From a virus, in the IMG/VR virus record IMGVR_UViG_3300043568_002887, positions 4,261 through 68,260 of that record: DNA of 64,000 bases; one strand, written 5' to 3'. The position numbers were made by a program, and so were the translations under genes. The notes under the pieces were generated by a model. The model had not been told where the DNA came from. It did no database searches and worked only from the letters and a program-made list of their open reading frames with translations. Shown piece after piece: positions 59,310-64,000 of the stretch (the first letter of the stretch is position 1; every line of letters starts with the position of its first letter).

Positions 59310-59527
59310 TGACTTACATTAAATTTGAACACGTTTCAGGCACAGCCATTATTAATCTTGATCAAATATCTAAGATTACAATATCAGCCGCAGTTATTAC
59401 TTTCGTTTATCTTACTGCATCATCTGCATTTACATTTTCTTCTGCTGCTGATGCACTTGAAGTTCTTGTAAAAATTGAAAAGATTACAAATACAATTAAT
59501 ATTGACCAGTTAGCTATACAAGGATGA
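59309..59527 (+). CDS. Small hypothetical protein
   Basis: 72 aa, coupled to both neighbours; INLDQISKI. Confidence 0.55.
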   Translation: MTYIKFEHVSGTAIINLDQISKITISAAVITFVYLTASSAFTFSSAADALEVLVKIEKITNTINIDQLAIQG

Positions 59528-60633
59528 AATTAGAGAATATTAGAAAAATATTTGTACTTGGTGATCTTCACCTAGGAATAAGAAATAACTCAATAGAGTG
59601 GTCAGAAATTCAAAGTCAATATCTAATTGATTACTTCATTAAAAGAATTGATGATGAGGGGTTTGATCCAGCAACAGATATCCTAGTCCAAGTTGGTGAT
59701 TGGAACCATGTTAGGGAATCGACTAATGTACGTATCTATAAGCTGTCGCTAAAGATTGCTGAAGTGCTTACTAAAAAATTTAAAAAGGGTGTCTTTGTAA
59801 TTCTTGGTAACCATGATGTATATTATAAAGATAGAACAGATACTCATTCATTAGAAGGATTTGATAAAATATATCCTAACTTTCATGTATATTCAACACC
59901 AGAAATACTATCAATAAATTCTCATAAATTTCTAATGTTACCGTGGATTGAGAATCTTCCTGAACTTAAATCTCAAATTCAAAGGAATACTTCAGCTAAA
60001 TACGTATTTTGTCATACTGATTTCAAAGGATTTAATTTTAATAAAGTTCAAAAACTTGAACATGGTCTAGAACAGGAAGATATTCAGTCATTCACTAGGA
60101 TTTATTCTGGCCATATTCATATTCGCCAAGAAAAAGGAAATGTTCTCTATGTTGGAACTCCATATGAAATGGATAGAGGAGATCGTGGAAATACTAAAGG
60201 CTTCTACGTATTAGATGTTAGTGGAAAGGATGTGAAAGAAAAATTTGTTCAAAACCATTTTTCTCCAAAGCATCTAAAATTTGATATATTAGAACTATTA
60301 AATGAAACTCCCAATGATCTTCGCGACTTATTCAATAATAATTTTATAGATGTCTTAATAGAATCTGAATTTTCAAAAAAGTTTCCAATCTCTCAATTTA
60401 CTGAACTAGTAAAAGATTACGGACATCGTCGTCTTGAACTAGGATCATATTCAAAAGATCAATTAAGAGAAAAGAGCGATATTGAAATAGATTCAAATTA
60501 TGAATACAATATCTTTACTCTACTTGATGAGAGAATAAAGATAATGAACTTACCATCACACCAGTCCCAAAAAATAGTAGACCGATTTAAGGAAATCTAC
60601 GATTCTTTGAGAAACACCAAACAATACGATTAA
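59524..60633 (+). CDS. Mre11/SbcD-like nuclease, gp47-like
   Basis: GDLHLG, VGD, GNHD and SGHIH motifs. Confidence 0.92.
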   Translation: MKLENIRKIFVLGDLHLGIRNNSIEWSEIQSQYLIDYFIKRIDDEGFDPATDILVQVGDWNHVRESTNVRIYKLSLKIAEVLTKKFKKGVFVILGNHDVYYKDRTDTHSLEGFDKIYPNFHVYSTPEILSINSHKFLMLPWIENLPELKSQIQRNTSAKYVFCHTDFKGFNFNKVQKLEHGLEQEDIQSFTRIYSGHIHIRQEKGNVLYVGTPYEMDRGDRGNTKGFYVLDVSGKDVKEKFVQNHFSPKHLKFDILELLNETPNDLRDLFNNNFIDVLIESEFSKKFPISQFTELVKDYGHRRLELGSYSKDQLREKSDIEIDSNYEYNIFTLLDERIKIMNLPSHQSQKIVDRFKEIYDSLRNTKQYD

Positions 60634-62300
60634 TGAGACTAATAGAATTTTCATATAGAAACATATTATCATATGGTAATATGTTACAGACATTTAAGTT
60701 TGACGATAAACCAGGACTAATCCTAGTTGAAGGTGAAAATGGTGCCGGTAAATCTTCAATTAAAGAAGCGTTGACTGTCTCAATATATGGACGCTCAGCT
60801 ATTCGTAAAATGAAAGATATCCCAAATTGGATAAATCGAAATGCTTACACCAATGTAAAATTTGTTACTAATTCTGGTGAAATTGTTGAGCTTGATCGAG
60901 GTATAGATCCTAACTTTAGCGATATTAAAATAAATGGCTCTCAATTTAATCTACCAGATAAGAGAAAAGTTGATGAGTTTATCGAAGAGGAACTTTCACG
61001 TATTCCATTCTCAGTTTTTTGTAATACTATCAGTCTTTCGTTTGATGATTTTAAATCATTTGTAAACCTAAGTAAAGACGATAAGCGCAAGATAGTAGAT
61101 CGAATATTTGGAATTGATATTCTTTCAGACATGCGAGCTAAAGTCAAAGAGCAGCTTAGAGATAATAAATCAGAGATTGATATTATCACAGCAACATTAA
61201 AATCAAGTCAAACTAATTTAGATTCGTATGAGTCTCAGCTTGATAAATTAAAGGAGAAAATTGCTAAGAAAAAAGAAGAGCTTACTGATAAGCTTGTCCT
61301 AAATATTTCAAATAAGAAAAAAGAAGTAGACTCTGCTCTTACTGCCAAAACCGATTTAAAGACTAGGATCTTAGAACATTCTAAATTGACCTCTGCTGCT
61401 CAAGCCGACCTAACTAAAATCAAATCAGATATTCGTGATCTAAATACTAAGCTTCTAATCTATGCTAAAAACCGTTGCCCTCACTGTTTAAATGATCTTC
61501 AGTCAGACTCATCAATTGAAATAAAAGAAAAGATTGAAGCTCGAATCACGACATTTGAAGATTCAATTGAGGCAAAGAAAACTATTGCTGATTCTCTAAA
61601 TGAAGAGTCAACTTCACTATTATTAGGACAAGGTGATATTGATTCAGATTATTTTAATAAAAAGGCAGAATTACAAGCATTAGAGTCCTCATTAGAGGCT
61701 GCTCAAGAAAACGATGGTTCTGAAGAAATATCATCTATCTCTGGGATAATTAATAGTCTAGAAGATCAAATAAAGGAAGAAAGTTCTAATCTAGCTGTAT
61801 TAAATGAAGCTCGATTAACTCATCTTAGCTTAGATGATCTTCTTTCTGATAATGGAATAAAGAAGGACATGATTGATAAAATTATCCCTACTCTAAATGC
61901 TAGAATACTTGAGATTTCTGAGAGACTTGAATTTAAGTTCTCATTTGAATTCGATAATGAATTCGATCCCCATATAACATATTTAGGAATGCAGATCTCT
62001 CCGGAAAGTCTATCCAGCGGCCAGAGAAAAAAAATGAATTTAATTGTTTTATTAGCATTTGTTGAGATAATTAAAATGAAGCATACTACAATGAACGTCA
62101 TGTTTCTAGATGAAATCTTTAGTTCACTAGATAAATCAAACGTATACCGTGCTATCTCAATCCTTAAAGAATATTCTACTAAATATAACATGACTATCTT
62201 TGTAGTTTCTCACGAGTCACTACCGGAAGAGCTATTTGATTATCGAATACTTGTGAATCAAAAAGATCATTTTTCAGAAATGGAAATAATTAAGATCTAG
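60633..62300 (+). CDS. Rad50/SbcC-like ATPase, gp46-like
   Basis: GENGAGKS, coiled coil with CPHC hook, LSSGQ, FLDE and VSH motifs. Confidence 0.93.
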   Translation: MRLIEFSYRNILSYGNMLQTFKFDDKPGLILVEGENGAGKSSIKEALTVSIYGRSAIRKMKDIPNWINRNAYTNVKFVTNSGEIVELDRGIDPNFSDIKINGSQFNLPDKRKVDEFIEEELSRIPFSVFCNTISLSFDDFKSFVNLSKDDKRKIVDRIFGIDILSDMRAKVKEQLRDNKSEIDIITATLKSSQTNLDSYESQLDKLKEKIAKKKEELTDKLVLNISNKKKEVDSALTAKTDLKTRILEHSKLTSAAQADLTKIKSDIRDLNTKLLIYAKNRCPHCLNDLQSDSSIEIKEKIEARITTFEDSIEAKKTIADSLNEESTSLLLGQGDIDSDYFNKKAELQALESSLEAAQENDGSEEISSISGIINSLEDQIKEESSNLAVLNEARLTHLSLDDLLSDNGIKKDMIDKIIPTLNARILEISERLEFKFSFEFDNEFDPHITYLGMQISPESLSSGQRKKMNLIVLLAFVEIIKMKHTTMNVMFLDEIFSSLDKSNVYRAISILKEYSTKYNMTIFVVSHESLPEELFDYRILVNQKDHFSEMEIIKI

Positions 62301-62307
62301 AATATTG

Positions 62308-62333
62308 AAACTTTTTAAAAGTAACATGTATAA
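62308..62333 (+). promoter_or_regulatory. AAC-N16-GTA promoter-like motif
   Basis: AAAC-N16-GTATAA. Confidence 0.65.
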
Positions 62334-62349
62334 AATTAGAAACTAAGTT

Positions 62350-63219
62350 ATGGTAATATATCAAGCAAATACATTCGCTGGAGTCTATGAAGAGCTCTTA
62401 CATGACCTAATGACCGAACCGGAATATGTGACTCAGCCTAGAGATATGAAGATCAATGAAATATGTGATGTTGCTCTAGTTATTGAAAATCCACTATCCT
62501 GTCTCTACACTAATCCATTTAGATCTTCTCAATTCAAGTATATTGCTGCGGAGTTTCTATGGTATTTTATGGGTCGAAATGATGTTGAGTATATCGCAAA
62601 ATTTGCAAAGTTTTGGGAATCTATTCAAAATAGTGATGCTACTGTAAACTCATCATATGGATACCTTCTCTTTAATAATCCTAATGAGCATGGTGTTAAT
62701 CAATATCGATGGGCATTAGAATCATTAGCTCAAGATAAAGATTCACGACAGGCTGTCCTGCACTTTAACTTGCCTATCCACCAAAGATCAGGAAATAAGG
62801 ATTTTGTTTGCACAATGTATGGAATCTTTCAGATCAGAAATAATAAGCTTAATTTTACCGTAAGCATGCGAAGTAATGACGTTATTCTAGGTTTACCGAC
62901 GGATATTGCATTTTTTGCTATTCTACAATCTCAAATGCTATCTCATCTTAAGTCCTATGCAGGATATCCTGAATTAGAGTTAGGAACATATACTCATATA
63001 GCTAATTCATCTCACATTTACGAAAGACATTTTGAAATTGCAAATAAGATGATTACTAAAAAGTTTGAACCAATAAGCATTCCGGAGGTCCATCTAAACT
63101 TAATTAAAATCGATGGCTCCCCAACTGGTCATTTTTCATCACTATTTGATGGACAATCTGAATATTCTCAACTATCTGATCCTCTATATGACTGGATCCT
63201 AAAAAATATAAACTTATGA
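62350..63219 (+). CDS. Thymidylate-synthase-fold enzyme; candidate dCMP hydroxymethylase (gp42-like)
   Basis: DSRQA, DFVCT, MRSNDVILGLPTD and HIYERH motifs. Confidence 0.8.
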   Translation: MVIYQANTFAGVYEELLHDLMTEPEYVTQPRDMKINEICDVALVIENPLSCLYTNPFRSSQFKYIAAEFLWYFMGRNDVEYIAKFAKFWESIQNSDATVNSSYGYLLFNNPNEHGVNQYRWALESLAQDKDSRQAVLHFNLPIHQRSGNKDFVCTMYGIFQIRNNKLNFTVSMRSNDVILGLPTDIAFFAILQSQMLSHLKSYAGYPELELGTYTHIANSSHIYERHFEIANKMITKKFEPISIPEVHLNLIKIDGSPTGHFSSLFDGQSEYSQLSDPLYDWILKNINL

Positions 63220-63428
63220 AAAAAGCAATTATCTCAATCATCACCACCGTCGCTAAGCTCTTAATACTTGCTCTGCTCTCTAATCTAGTATACGATTGGA
63301 ATGACCTCGCTAAAGTATTTGGTCCAGCTATATCCTATTCACAATGGGTAGGAATTATCGTAATTATCAATGGTATTGTGCCAAATGGCATAACTAATAG
63401 TATAAAAGATGACAAACAAGGATCTTAA
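63216..63428 (+). CDS. Small membrane protein
   Basis: Two hydrophobic segments in 70 aa. Confidence 0.55.
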   Translation: MKKAIISIITTVAKLLILALLSNLVYDWNDLAKVFGPAISYSQWVGIIVIINGIVPNGITNSIKDDKQGS

Positions 63429-63828
63429 ATATCACCTTACTTACCTAAAGATGGCTACTGAGTGGTCTAATCTTTCATGTTGTAAACGTAAGAAAGTTGG
63501 TGCACTAATTGTTAAGGACGGAACAATTATTTCAGATGGATTTAATGGTACCCCTAAAGGTTTTCCTAATGACTGCGAAGACGCTAATGATAATACTCAC
63601 TGGTATGTTCTACATGCTGAGGCCAACGCGATGATGAAAGTTGCTAGATCTACACAAAGCACCGATGGAGCAACCCTATATGTGACCTATTCACCATGTA
63701 AAGAGTGTTCAAAATTGATTATTCAGGCAGGAATCAAGTTTGTTATCTATCGGGAAGAGTATCGAGATACTTCTGGAATTAAGATCTTAAAAGCCGCTGG
63801 TGTAGATATTGTAAAATTAGAAGTATAA
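63409..63828 (+). CDS. dCMP deaminase
   Basis: HAEAN, SPCKEC and GFNGTP motifs. Confidence 0.93.
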   Translation: MTNKDLKYHLTYLKMATEWSNLSCCKRKKVGALIVKDGTIISDGFNGTPKGFPNDCEDANDNTHWYVLHAEANAMMKVARSTQSTDGATLYVTYSPCKECSKLIIQAGIKFVIYREEYRDTSGIKILKAAGVDIVKLEV

Positions 63829-63829
63829 A

Positions 63830-64000
63830 ATGGACAAAAGAAAAATATCACTAGTCTTTGTTAAAGATTATAAAAGCTTCATCTTAACTTTTAATAAAAA
63901 AGATAAAAGTGATTATATCCTAAATGTAAGTAAATTAATAAAAGACAAGTTTAGTACAAAATTTATTATTCCAAATAAAGTACAGTCCTTCTTATTAAAC
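63830..64000 (+). CDS. Hypothetical protein, 3' truncated by window
   Basis: ATG at 63830; frame open to the end of the window (MDKRKISLVFVKDYK...). Confidence 0.55.
   Translation, partial: MDKRKISLVFVKDYKSFILTFNKKDKSDYILNVSKLIKDKFSTKFIIPNKVQSFLLN

Overview
A 64-kb AT-rich segment of a large T4-like (myovirus, jumbo-type) phage genome in the standard genetic code. The host is probably in Bacteroidota, inferred from A-rich start contexts without Shine-Dalgarno motifs plus Hc1-like, DUF2061 and stand-alone PolB-exonuclease genes. Layout: (1) 1-3.7 kb, three paralogous Gly/Cys-rich repeat fibre-like genes. (2) 3.7-7.3 kb, a coupled six-gene cassette: APS kinase, DUF2061 fusion, small HxGH nucleotidyltransferase, two glycosyltransferases and a sulfotransferase; it looks like a self-contained PAPS-synthesis and glycan-sulfation pathway. 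(3) 7.3-32.3 kb, a leftward virion block (tube-like, gp15, gp14, fibre, very large baseplate-like proteins) with gp55 late sigma and a RuvC-like nuclease. (4) 32.3-32.55 kb, a divergent intergenic region with a long hairpin. (5) 32.5-64 kb, a mostly rightward replication and metabolism block: UvsE, GroEL, GroES, S1-domain protein, NrdAB, gp32, RNase H, gp56-like, N-terminal half of a split PolB, UvsX, DnaB-type helicase, gp47/46, a thymidylate-synthase-fold enzyme with a dCMP-type residue and dCMP deaminase, interrupted by tail sheath and a YkuD-like gene. Two recurring intergenic motifs are visible: ATAAATAA (late-like) and AAC-N16/17-GTAnAA. All calls come from motif reading by eye; no database searches were run.
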